NCBI GenBank assembly: GCA_013265495.1
Contig: MU058241.1
Location: 1,303,249-1,367,248, forward strand
Length of the DNA stretch: 64,000 nt
Source: Vicugna vicugna
Taxonomy: Eukaryota
Direction: 5' to 3'
The notes under the pieces are model-generated. The model did no database searches. It worked only from the letters and a program-made list of their open reading frames with translations, and was not told where the DNA came from. The translations under genes and the position numbers were made by a program. Shown here one piece after another: positions 24,453 through 36,895 of the stretch. How positions within the stretch are numbered: the first letter of the stretch is position 1; the number at the start of each line of letters is the position of its first letter.

Positions 24453-26842
24453 ATCATACGCCATTTGTTTAGAGCAAATATAAGGATCCCACTGAACGCA
24501 GTGGGCTTATTTCACCGCCTTCTGCGGATGTGCTAACAGGAGATGCGGCTATTCCGTGCTCTTACAGAATCAGCATCTGCCACCTTTGTCCCCATCCGTT
24601 CGATCACACGGGGTACGCGTGCATGACGGGTGTTTGCTAACAACTCACCCAGATGTGTCATCTAATTCGGCCGATTCTTCCCATCAGCACAGGAAGAAAT
24701 ACTCAAAGAGCTCTCAGGATTCAGGGGCATTGCAGGCACACATTTTCAAGTAATTGTGCACCTCAGTTCCTCTCTCATTAATGAGTTTAGTAATAAGTCA
24801 ACACCGAAGTCTCGCCCCAAGGATTGATTCTTGTGTGTATGCTGAGAGCAATAAAAAGAACCTGGGTGGTTGTGATAAAAAAGAAAGCACTGGGCTTCAG
24901 GAGATTATTTATTTACTTTAATAAATATTTTAAAAGTGATAGGAAAATGCTGCTGCCCTCTGAGTAATTCTCACCATTGTCAAGTCAAGATTTCACTTAA
25001 TACCCTCCTCTGGCCATCAGCAGATGTGTTAATAATCCTGGCCGCCAGTCAGTGACTGCCAGTGGGGGACGGGGACAAATGCCAGACATTAAGTCGGTGT
25101 TTGTTGAAAACATGAAATCATGAGATTTCAGTTAAATTGAGGACACAGTGAGGACACACGTCCCCTTACTGTGACAGAAATGAACACCTCATGCAATCAT
25201 CATGTAATTATGTTCCACACTAAAAAGTTATTACAACCAAAAGCCCCTTCATGAGCAACCTATGGCATTTTTCAGAAAATAGACAAAACAGCATTAAGAT
25301 CTTTTCTTCCTTCATATATCACATGTGTATAATAAAAATATCAAAATCGTTTGAAATACCACTGCTACGAAAGATGATAACAATAACAACAGGGAAAAAA
25401 AAAAACCCCTAAATTCTAAAAAGTCTCCTCAACTTTTATTAGCAGTTGGGGAAGGAGAAGGTTATAAAGGAGGATGTCAATTTCTCAAATGCACAGTTAT
25501 CTTTTCAGCCTGAGTAGACTCTTTTTTTACACACTGGGTGTAAGTATTATAAAGCACAGACCAGCACGTACAGTCCTGCACCATGGTACAAATTAGCTAA
25601 ATGTAGCACATATGAATTAGAGGATTCTTCCATTCTTTGTTTATCTCTATAAATCTTTTAGATAAACAATGCTGCTTTGTCAGAATCTTTTGTTCCCCAA
25701 ATAGAGTCTAGGATGTTATAATCCAGTAGAAGACAAAAGACAGGAACATTTCATGGATCTGCCCTGAGCAACATGGAGACCTGTCCCAGTAAAACGTCTT
25801 CTAAAGGTCTTGTGACACGGCTGGAGGAACTGAAGCTGATGGCCCAGTCCTCAGTCATTACTGAATAATGCCCGTGATCTGATCCCATAACACCCTTCAT
25901 GGAGCAGGTGTTTCTCTGGATCACCTGACATCTAGGCTCCTCACAGTAAGATGTAGTTTACCCTCATGTTCCAGAATGCATTACTTCCATGGTTCTTAGG
26001 GAAGCTCAGGGCCCAACCTGGCATCCGGTAGTCTCCAAGAAAGAAAACCAAAGCAAACCCCAAGCTTACCTTCAGCTCTTCCCATTTAGATAGGATTTCA
26101 GGAGCTATCTGATGCCCACACCCCTACTCTTAGAAAAGCTATGGGAAATAAAGAAACCCCTGGGGGTGAAATCAACCAAACAGGTAGAATTTAATTGGAT
26201 GCCTTTCACTAAGATAACGGTTACTTCAAATTCTGTCAAACACAAACCTGCCATGGAAGGAAAATTCTTGTTCTATACCTGAAGATAAACTGTCTATGTT
26301 AAAAACAAACAACAACAAAAAAAAATGCACTAATGCTTTCTTTCTAAGGAACATACATATAATTTTTCTGTGAACTGCTAAGAATACATATGGCCTGCAG
26401 TTTAGAAGGGTGTGCTGTGAACTTCTCACACCATCAAATTACAACATATATTATATGAGGCAACCAGGTAGAAGATGAGGAGAAAGCGTCAGACTTTCAC
26501 CCTTAACACCAAAGAGTGAAATTAATCTGTGAACATATTGCCATTATAACGAAACAACGGCTTGGTTTAACTTAATTCTTGCTATTGAGTGACAAAATGT
26601 ATCATTGTTCCTCAATATTATATTTCAAAAATAAGTTCTACAAGCTCTTTTCGACTCTCTTAAAACGAGTGGGTTTAAATATCATGGTATTTTAGGACTT
26701 GCAGCCAGTCAAATTGTAACTTAAACTTCTGGAAAGAGAGAGGGAACACAAGAAAGGTAAGAAAAGGAAAAAGATGCCCACTGTACTGAAATACATGGAA
26801 CAAATATTAATACTAAAGGAACTATAAAATTCAGGGACAGGG

Positions 26843-27000
26843 ATATTTATATATATTTATGTGTGTGTGATATATATATTTATATATATATCACACACAC
26901 ATATATTTGGATATATAAAATCATGTCACAAACATACACAAATATAATATATATGCATAATATACATATGATATATATACACTGCATAGATATATTTACT
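26843..27000. repeat. (TA)n/(TG)n/(CA)n low-complexity tract with 46-bp palindrome
   Basis: tatgtgtgtgtgatatatatat-tt-atatatatatcacacacacata at 26858-26903. Confidence 0.9.
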
Positions 27001-27969
27001 TCTATAATCATATTCTCATGATCACATATTTATAGAATTAAACCTATAATACATATTAGTGGTTCCACTGTATATGCAGTATTATTTTACTAGTTCAGCA
27101 CTTCTGAGGGAACATAAACTGAGAAAAGTAATCTGAGTTCAGCAATTTAATGAGCCTCTTTTTAACTAGATCTCAAATTTATGGAAACTGAGATGGCCTC
27201 ATTACATAATTCATCACGACATATAGTATTGCCTCCCCTTGTAAATGGGGGTAGCATAAACATAAAGAGACAAAAAAAAAAATCTTTGCAGAATCTTCTC
27301 CTTGAAGTTGGGTCCCTCTCAGCAGTGCCCTTCATGTCTTTCTAATCTCACTGACTCCAGAAATATTTGGAGAAGGAACATGAGATGTAAACTCTCATAA
27401 CAGTGACTAGGAGGTGAAGTGACTCACATGTGGGGTGGACCTAATAAACTGCCATTTGGTTATTCACACAGAATTTCTTGGATCATAATTTTTGCCTATA
27501 GTTTGCTAAAAGCAAGAGGGTTTCCCTTCTACACATCCACATTAGTAACAAAACCCACAGCTCCACGTATTTATGGAGATAGGCAAATGTAAGCACAGGG
27601 CGGGGTGGGTGGTGTTTCTCATTTGTCTCATTCCAATAAAAAAAATTCTCATCACCACCATTATTAAAGACAGGACCTATCAAATATGGCTCCACAATAA
27701 AACTGTTCCAAAATAGGAATCATTAAATAAAGAATAATACAGTTATTCTGTGATAGAAATCTTAAATTCCTGTACACACAAGGACGTCTGAAGCACACAT
27801 AACAAACTATGTGATTGAGAACGACAAATTCCATGCAAAATAAAATCCAGCAGAAATCACCTTCCCAAATTTAACTAATCCACACATTACCTGTAATTTC
27901 ATATGTTTGAGAGGCCAGTTACGGTTTCACACCTCGATCTCCTTTTATAAATACAATCTTATTTCAATT

Positions 27970-29655
27970 TAAAGATACTGATAATGGAAGAAACTGAGGA
28001 CAACCTAAACAAAATGGAAGGACATACCATGCTCATGGATTCGAAGGATTCTTATTATTAAAATGACCATAGTACCAATCCACAGCTTCAATGCAATCGC
28101 TATCAAAATACCAATGACAATTTTCACAAAACTAGAACAAATAATTCTAAAATTTATATGGAGACACATGAGACCCCAAATAGCCAAAACAATCTTGAGA
28201 AAGGAAAACCAAGTTGTACGTATCAAACTCTCTGATTTGAAATAATAATATAAAGCTACAGTAACCAAAACAGTATGGTACTGGCACAAAACCAGACACA
28301 CACAGATTAATCCAACAGAATAGAGACCCCAGAAATGAACCCTCACTTATATGGTCAATTTGTCTATGATAAAGGAGGCACAAATATGTAACTGGGAAAA
28401 GACAACCTTTTCAAAAAATGGTGCTGAGAAAACTGGACAGCTAACATGCAAAACAGTCAAACTGGACTACTTTCTCACACCGTTATACAATAGTAAACTG
28501 AAAACAGATTAGAGTTAAATGTCAGACTTGAAACCACCAATCTTCTAGAAGAAAACATAGGCAGTAAACTCTTCAACACTGATCTTTGCAATATTTTTGG
28601 ATTTCTCTTCCAGGCAAGAGAAATAGAAGCAAAAATAAACAAGACAACACCAAACTAAAAACCTTTTGTATAGGGAAGGAAGCAATCAACAAAATGAAAA
28701 ACCAACCTACTAAATAGGAGAAGATTTTGCAAATGATATGTCCAATAACAGGTTAATATCCAAAATATATAAAGAATGCAAACAACTAAACATTAAAAAA
28801 AAACCCAATTAAAAAAATGGACAGAGGATCTGAACAGACATTTTTTCCAAAGAAGATGCACAGATGGACAACAGGCACATGAAAAGATTCTCAACATCAC
28901 TAATCATGAGGGAAATGCAAATCAAAACCATAATGAGATACCACCTTACACCTGTCAGAACGGCTATCATCAAAAAGGCAACAAACCACAAAAGCTGGAA
29001 GGATGTGGAGAAAAGGGAACCCTTGTACACTGTTGGTGGGAATGTAAATTAGTGCAGTCGCTGTGGAAAACACTATGGATGATTCTTAAAAAGCTAGAAA
29101 TTGTGTCCACACAATCCAGCAGCTACACTTGTGGGTGTTTTTCTGAAGAAAACAAAACACTAATTTGAAAAGATACATACTCCTCTATGCTTACTGCAGC
29201 ATTATTTACAACAGCCAAGGTATGGAAGAAAGCTAAGTGCCCACTAGTAAATGAATGGATAAAGAACATGTGGTGTACAACTGTTACTAACATTTCATTA
29301 TCTATACATTCATTATAAATACATATATGAACAAACATAACAAAACGGAAATATACATACAGAAACAGAGAACAAACAAGTGGTTGCCAGAGTGCAGGTA
29401 AAGGGATGAGGGAAATAGGTGAGGGAGATTAACAGGTACAAACTTCCAGTTATAAAAGAAATAAGTCACAGGGAGAAAATGTACACCATGAGACACATAG
29501 TCAATTACAGTCTAATATCTTTGTATGGTGAGTGATGGTATGTAGACTTTTTGTGTTGTATTTTGTAACATATAGAAATACTGAATCACTATATTGTGCA
29601 CTTGAAACTAACACAGTGTTGGGTTAATTATACTTCAACTATTTTTTAAAAATTT
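27970..29655 (+). mobile_element. 5'-truncated L1 (~1.7 kb; ORF2 C-terminal half and 3'UTR), disrupted
   Basis: ORF fragments [39 protein letters not shown] and [33 protein letters not shown] are L1 ORF2p. The 3' end reads ...gttaattatacttcaa. Confidence 0.95.
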
Positions 29656-29659
29656 GTAG

Positions 29660-29810
29660 ACACTAAGGGGAAATGCATCAAAATGCTAATTGTGGTTATC
29701 TCTGGGTTCTGGGCATTGTGGGTAATTGCTATTTTTTACCTTACATTTTTATGTATTTCTAGTTGTCTGCAAGGATATGCTTGTGAAACTAGAAATAAAA
29801 TGATAAATGT
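29660..29810 (+). mobile_element. Old L1ME-like 3' terminal remnant
   Basis: caaaatgctaattgtggttatctctggg...gggtaattgctattttttaccttacattttt...gaaataaaat. Confidence 0.55.
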
Positions 29811-29866
29811 CATTTAAAATAAAAGATACCAATAACATGAAATCAAGTGTATTTGAAATTTCTACC

Positions 29867-29901
29867 TTATTATTATCATTATTATTATCATTATTATTAT
29901 T
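29867..29901. repeat. (TTA)n/(TCATTA) microsatellite
   Basis: ttattattatcattattattatcattattattatt is seen directly. Confidence 0.85.
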
Positions 29902-31894
29902 TGTAATAGAACTAATCAAGAGTTTCTTAAGTCACATCCTCTGTGAGTGTGTTTTTTCTGTTACTACAAGACCAAAGATCTGGAACATGATTAAGAAACT
30001 TATTCTTTGCAGTAGAAAATATTGGAGATCAGAATGATCATGAGATTTATTTACTTTATGGCGATGATTATGATCAATTTGGACATAATGAAATGTCTTT
30101 TGTGTCTTTTTATTTAAGAAAGCATATGTGGTTCTAAAAAGTTGTAGATTTTGTTCATGTTACAAAGGAAAAGAGAGAAAAGCGAGTATTTTTTATTATA
30201 GGACTACATGCTTAATAGGTAGAGTCAATTCTTCACCGACGGATTTCCACGTTGCTGTGTGTTGCAACCTCTATTCTTCCCAGGAAAGAAACTGAGGAAA
30301 AGGTGACTGGAAATAGAGATGAACAGTGTCTCTAAATTCTGCATACATACTGGATAAAATATATACGTATGAGCTCTGAAACAATTATCCCCCTCACGTG
30401 GAGCAACTTTCACTCCATCTTCAGGATCTGCTCATCTTAAAAACAAAGTTCTAGAAAATCCCACACTATTTGACTACCCACTGTAATTTCTTCTATTCCT
30501 GAAACTTAATGGTGTTTCTTATCTATCTTTCCAAGCCCACATCTTGACTGTGTCCCAATGTTAAATATGAGAGCCTTAAGTTGCATGAGAAATGCTCACA
30601 TTAATGATATTCAAAAGTACTAAATTGATCTGTCAGGGCTCAGTGCCGCCATGAAATACGTCTAGTAATTTGGATCCTCTCCCTCCCTGGGTATTTTAAT
30701 GCCATAAAAGACTCCTAATTCCAACGTATAATAGGTATACTGTCTTTTAAACAACTTCCATTTTTCTGCAGTACATACATGGAATAATAATTTCTGTTTA
30801 ATCGAGAGCTGAGCATGTAGCATTACAGAAACCAAAGCACTCATTCAACTCCATTACAAACTCTCTGTCATCTGAATTATCCCTGCCTGTGGTTACAGAC
30901 TGGGCAGGCCTGGTTTTTCACACAATTAGCACATCTCAAAACACACAAACCGGGGAGACTAAAATGCCACTGACGACACGCATCCAAAACAGAGGTGTAA
31001 ACAACTTGTCATTTCAACAAGCGTTTGTCAAGGAACACACTTAATTACTCAGAAGGATTTGTGAAGATAGGAAATACACAGTCAGACTTTTCTTGAAACT
31101 GACATGATCTAAATATACTTTCTTCACATTTATTATTAGTCAGAGAAAACAATTAATTACCAAAAAGCTAAAAAAAATAAAAAGCAACAGTGACATGTTA
31201 TAATGAAAGTCTAATTCCAAACTACGAAAATTTTTCACTACTGAAAAATAAGAAAAAGTTTCAAATGCGTGGCTTTTAAATGTCTGAAGCCAGTATTTGT
31301 TGTCTAGTTGTAATTAAGACTATAAATGTATTAATTAAGATATTCTATACTAGAAAACCTAAATTGGTAGAATACCTGCCTCAAAGAAGCAGCCAATTTT
31401 TAAAATTTGCTTTAGTCCTCTATTAAAACCTTTGAATTAACAGTATACTTATTTAAAACCATCTAATTTGATTTGCCAAAATTCTTCCTAAACCTCCAAC
31501 GCTATCAGTCATCCTAAGAACCGTTCTCCACCCAGTCACTCATTATTGAGAAAAATTTATCCAGGACCCCATCTGCCAAAGGACTTCTTCTGACGACTTA
31601 ATATTATTAGTTATTGCTGTTAGTAATATTATTTGCAATTAGGAGAGTGCTTAAACGCGAGTAAGCACTGGTTATAGGGCTGTTCTGTTTTTCTTTTTTT
31701 TTTCCTCCTTTTTCTCTTGTTGGTGCCTATGAGTATCAGAATGCACGGTAAACAGATTCAAGCTCCTTCTCTGTGGATAACACGGCTGACATTTGTTTTC
31801 AGGTGCTTGTCCCCAACAATGCTGACTCATCCTGACACTTACCCGTGTACATACGTCCATTTTCCCCACATGGATAAGTCCATTTCCATGGAAA

Positions 31895-32071
31895 AAGTCC
31901 ATAGACTAACTTACGCACACCCAGTGGAGTCTAAAGACTCCCGGGAAGTTCACAGACTGGCTTCCATGCCCGAGGGCGCGGACAGGCTAGCTTACTTACT
32001 CCCAGTGAAGTCTGCAGACTAGCTTACTCATATCCAGTACAGTCTGCAGACTGATGTACCCATCCCCAGAA
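31895..32071. repeat. Degenerate ~32-bp minisatellite (about 6 units)
   Basis: Units aagtccatagactaacttacgcacacccagtg / aagttcacagactggcttccatgcccgagg / gcgcggacaggctagcttacttactcccagtg / aagtctgcagactagcttactcatatccagta / cagtctgcagactgatgtacccatccccagaa, plus one shortened unit. Confidence 0.75.
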
Positions 32072-33024
32072 TGTTTGTTTATCAAATAGTCATTGCTTCA
32101 GGGCACCCCGTTATTGAAGGAAACGCATTCTACATGACAAGTAATTCGATTAAAGCAGACAGGGTTTCCGTAATATTGTCAGATTAACATGACACACCTA
32201 AGTTGCCCTAAGACTGTTCTCCTGAGTCACCCATGTGTTTCTGGGAGTCCAGGACTAATCTAAATAGAAGCACCTGGTCCGCTCTTGAGGGACCCAGTTG
32301 ACATCCTTGCCAATGTCTCCATTTTCCAGCACACGGTGTAAGCTGGCAACGTGCCTCCTTTGATTGACATAAAGGTCCACTGGGACTAAACGTATTGCTC
32401 AATGTCAGTGATTGTTTCACAGGGGTTCCTAATCTAATTCACATCCTGCTTTCTCTACATGGGTTCCAATGTCTTTTTATCTCTTTTTGACCACCAGACG
32501 ATAATGGGGACATTGCTTTCATTGTTTCCTTTTTATTTATTACTTAACAAATGTTAACTGACTCTCTTCTATACCAGGAAAATGCTTAGTACTACTGATA
32601 ATGAAGTGAACAAGTGACATGTGCTCTGCGTCTGCCCGGGAAAACTCTGAATTAATGATAAGAGTATAATCTCAAAAATAATGATAGCAGGACTTCCTGA
32701 ACATTTCTTAAGCAGCAGACGCTGTGAAAGGCATCAGAAACACAATCACGAAAGTAACTCCAATATTTTTGGGAAACTGAATATAAACTCTGACCATATT
32801 AATCAATGCTCTTTCTAAAACAGTATTATGCTTAGAATCTGTATATTTAATATATAATTTTTCTTACTTTAATGCTTTTTTTCTTATTTCTGCCTCCTGG
32901 TGACTTTCGCCCACGAGATGTACAACTGCCCTCGAGGTTTCAAAAGGGGGAGTTCATTCCTTCCACCGTATGATTGTCAGATGTTTCAACAGCAAGGTAA
33001 GGCCTTTTTTCTCAAAGTAGCACA

Positions 33025-33295
33025 CGCACAGATACAGAGAACAAACTACTGGCTACCAGGGGAGAGAAGGAAGAAGTGAGGGGCGATACACAGGTAAGGG
33101 ATTAAGAAGCACAAACTATTATGCATAAAATAAGCTACAAGGATATGCTGCACAGCAAGGGAATAAAGCCACTATTGTATAACAACTATAAATGGAGTAT
33201 AAACTTAAAAACTGTGAATCACCATATTGTACAACTGTAACACATATGAAATAATATGTAACATATCAACCATACTTCCATAAAAAGGAAAAAAT
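33025..33295 (+). mobile_element. Short L1 3' end
   Basis: acagatacagagaacaaactactggctaccagggg...aaaataagctacaaggatatgctgcacagcaagggaata...atcaaccatacttccataaaaa. Confidence 0.9.
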
Positions 33296-35192
33296 ATAGT
33301 GTCTTTTTTTCTAGGTTAATCATCTCCACCTGTTCTAATGCTTCCCAAATAGTCTCTCTTTAATTATAATTACTTTTATATAGTGGGGCAAAGAAAGGAA
33401 CTGAAACCTCCAAAAAACAGAATCTAATGTGAACCATGACTTTGATATTTCATATCCATACAGCGCAAATGTTTGATCCCCGATGACCTTTGATGTTCAC
33501 TGTGTCGTGAACACATCTATTATCTTCTTCCCCCACATACTTTTTCAGAGCCCAGATCCAGGCTTTCCTTCACCCTAAAATCTCTCGCTTAGGGTCAGCC
33601 CAACAAAGAGAGGAGCCAGCCACTGAGGCAATGTAATTTGCGGGCAGGGAAGTGGCCAAACTCCCCTTTCACTCCTGCACTGCATTTAGCAGCCAGCATA
33701 CTCTCGAAACAAAACGTGATGGAGTTCTTCAGTGAAACACTGAAATAGAGGGAGAAATTCCATTAAGCCATTACTGCTTGTTCATAATTTTATAGTTTTA
33801 TGAGCAAAATTTGTGTATTTGTGTAGTGCATCAGTCGTCTAGCTGACCAAAGACAGAAAAGGTGAAGCTTAAATGTATTGAGTGGACACCGATTAGGAAG
33901 TGACAAGACTACAGTGTATCAACAGCAAAGACACAGAAGGACACAAGCAAGTGCTTAATTCATACATGGAGAAAACAAGGTATTGGCTAGGAAAAAAATA
34001 TGATGATCATGAGCTCCTTGGATGTTCACTGTGAAAGCTGGAGATTTGGGACCCCTCACCCTGTACTTTTAGTGTCTGTTTGTAAATCCGAGTCGAGGCA
34101 ATAATTTGAAGAGGGACTCCTCTGTCACCTGGCAGACGACCAGTCATGCCTCTGCGTTAAGACGGACGGATCTGGTGGGGACTGAATTATCACTTTGTTA
34201 TCTTCTGTTGAATCTCTGGGCAATAACTCCACAGAGAATGAAAAAGGAAATTCAGGTCTTTGGCACACACATTGAAATGCTCTCGTCAGCTGTCCCATTG
34301 CCTCTGCAGGATGCAGGGAAGCGGATGATGAACAGGCATTTCTTCTCTGACTGTGGCTTGGCTTAGATCTCTGGTCACAGAAGTGGTTCACTGCAATTTC
34401 CTTTCGGTACTTGAAGGTACTTCGACACTGCCAGGTCGAGAACACAGGCGCACATGTGCACATTCAGAGCTGGTCAGTTGAGAAGCTAGATGACTGTCCT
34501 TCAGTCAGTGTGCAGGGCATGACCCAGGTTATAGCATTCCAGGACAAGATGTTTTTTATCAGGTCCCAAGGATGTGCTTTATCTCCAGGCATACACTTCC
34601 AACAAGGATCCACGGAGCCAACCTCACATCCTAAAAAAGCAACCGCCCAGTTACCTTCCCAACAGCCTTCTAAGCAAGGGTCGGTGTGTACTGCACCCCA
34701 CCTCCTTTCAGATCCATATGTCCAAGGGCTCTGGACATAACTTTGAGGCATCCAGTTAGACAGACACCTGTGCCTAACTAGGACGGGTCTCAGGAAATCG
34801 AGTAAACTTCTACCACTATGATTAATGGATTATGCTGATGCGAAGCATTTTGAGATTATTTTCAAACACCCTAAGGAAGAAAAGAGAGAACTCAGAGTGT
34901 CCATAAGCTCAAAACCAAAGCAGATTTCAGAGTTTTGCTTTTCTTGTTGTTTTTAAGAGAGACCAGAGTAAGCAGTTTTGGTTTTTCTTCAAGATACTGT
35001 GTAGTTCTGTTTCATCAGAGTATTTCCAACCTGCTAATACAGGGCTGTTTAATACCATCCTGTTTATGTCAGACACCTGTGCACAGTTTCCTTTCACCTT
35101 TCAGTAGAACAAAGGTTCAAAAGTGCCAAGGTCTATTACAGCAATTTTAAGGGTGCAAACGGTAACTCTGATATTTTACTGCAATCTTTAGT

Positions 35193-35345
35193 TTGGAATC
35201 TCAGATTCATGGTTCCAGCATCCTTTGTCAGAGACAGTGAAATAACATCTGCTTTCTTCTCAGAAAATTAAAAAAAAAAAAAGCCATGTGTGTCTGTGAA
35301 ATAATATCCAATTTAGTTTGTGGTTCTCCTTTAAAGGTCAAGAAA
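35193..35345 (+). repeat. Copy 1 of ~150-bp dispersed direct duplication
   Basis: ttggaatctcagattcatggttccagcatcctttgtca...tgtgtctgtgaaataatatccaatttagtttgtggttctcctttaaaggtca. The second copy is at 36745-36895. Confidence 0.92.
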
Positions 35346-35899
35346 CACAAATCTTGGGAGACAGTCCACCACAACACTGATGCTCTAGAAAAAGAGATTT
35401 CTGTTTTGTTTCTTGTTTTCATCTGCCTCTGTTTTCTGCATTTCCGCTAATGGAGAATTATTTTCCTCATTGCGAGTACTGAACATACAGCCAAGTTGGT
35501 GATTTCGTAGTTCCTAAAGTCTTCGTGGGACTCTCAAAATCATTAGTAATTTGGGAGCACCAGAAACTTTGCAGGGTCCGTTCTAATCTGTGTGATTAAT
35601 AACCTAGCTGAGCATTGCTCTGACTGATCTGCTGTTCCCAGATGTGCTCACATCTGGTTTCAGATGGTAAGGACCTCTGTCCTTACGGTGCTGCTTCTAA
35701 TACCTCAAGTCTGGGTCCCTTAGGAGGAAGTAAAAAAAAAATTATTCCCCATTTTCAAAGAGAGACAACTCTCTCTGTCACGAACATGGTGATTCATTAC
35801 TTTTCTGCACAGCTCATCAGAATTCCGCACTAATTTTGTCCCTAATAAACTGCCGTTCCTGAATTTTCAGGCTTCTATGAGCAGCGAGTAGTCTTAATA

Positions 35900-36135
35900 A
35901 TTATAACTACAATTTACTGAACAGTTAAGTATCTGCCAGGTATTCTGCTGTGCATTCTGAGTATACCATTTGACTTAACTTGCAAAGCAACCCTCTTATG
36001 GAAGTAATATTGACAGCCTCAATATTTATTTTATGAGAAAGCTGATGCTTGGAGAATTGAAGAATCATATCCACCTTCACCAACCCGAGAAACAATGATG
36101 CTAGGATTTGAACACAGGGCTCTTTTGCTGCAGGG
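35900..36135 (-). mobile_element. MIR SINE remnant
   Basis: aatttactgaacagttaagtatctgccagg...aaccctcttatggaagtaatattgacagcctcaatatt...gctaggatttgaacacagggctc. Confidence 0.65.
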
Positions 36136-36367
36136 TTAGCAGGCCAAACTGCCATGTGATTCAACACCAGTGTCTACTATATTGCTTTACCTTTCAAGCA
36201 AGAATCTAAGTTCCACAAACACAGGTCCCCTATGGGTTCTGACTATGCAGCCCATTTTCTGGTGTTTAATAAATATTTGAAGATATCTGGAAGGTTTTCC
36301 CGCTTTATTAGTTGATTCCGTCCAGAATGAGGAACTGGTACAAGCGTGCCTTAAAAGTGACGCAAAC

Positions 36368-36740
36368 CCACTGCCAAAGCTCAGCCTTCGTACCTCGATT
36401 ACCAAATCAAGACTCGAGGACAGAGTTTTGGATGAAGTAGAAAAGGCAACTTCATTTCTTTGCAATACAAAGAGGGTCACAGTGGGCCAATACCTTCAAG
36501 GCTGTGAGCGTGCTGGAGAGAGAAAGCAGGGGTTTTTACGGTAAAAGTTCAAGGGGCGGTTCCGGTTTCCATACACATCAACAAATTATTGCAATGTTGT
36601 TCTTGTTTCTGCAGATGCAGTGGTTGCCTCCTTTCAACTGGGTATGTTGTTTATCTCCAGTTATGGGAATCTACTAATAATCTCGTGCTTAGAGCAAAGG
36701 GTATTTACGAAGGAGGTCTATGGAAAAGTGCTCTAAAGAA
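36368..36740 (-). mobile_element. ERV1-class LTR fragment
   Basis: gaggacagagttttggatgaagtagaaaaggcaacttcatttctttgcaatacaaagagggtcacagtgggc resembles the antisense R/U5 of laurasiatherian ERV1 LTRs. The right boundary is uncertain. Confidence 0.6.
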
Positions 36741-36744
36741 AAAC

Positions 36745-36895
36745 TTGGAATCTGAGATTCATGGTTCCAGCATCCTTTGTCAACAGACAATGAAATAAGA
36801 CCTGCTTTCTTCTCAGAAAAAAAAAAAAAAAAGCATTGTGTGTCTGTGAAATAATATCCAATTCAGTTTGTGGTTCTCCTTTAAAGGTCAAAAAA
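36745..36895 (+). repeat. Copy 2 of ~150-bp dispersed direct duplication
   Basis: Roughly 90% identical by eye to 35193-35345. Confidence 0.92.

Noticed and set aside
19277..29052. L1 ORF2-like ORFs (19277-19531, 28063-28245, 28864-29052) as functional CDS
   Set aside because: They are short frameshifted fragments of truncated L1 copies.
31895..32071. CRISPR-like array (periodic palindromic units)
   Set aside because: The context is mammalian, the units are degenerate along their whole length with no repeat/unique-spacer structure, and there are no cas genes.
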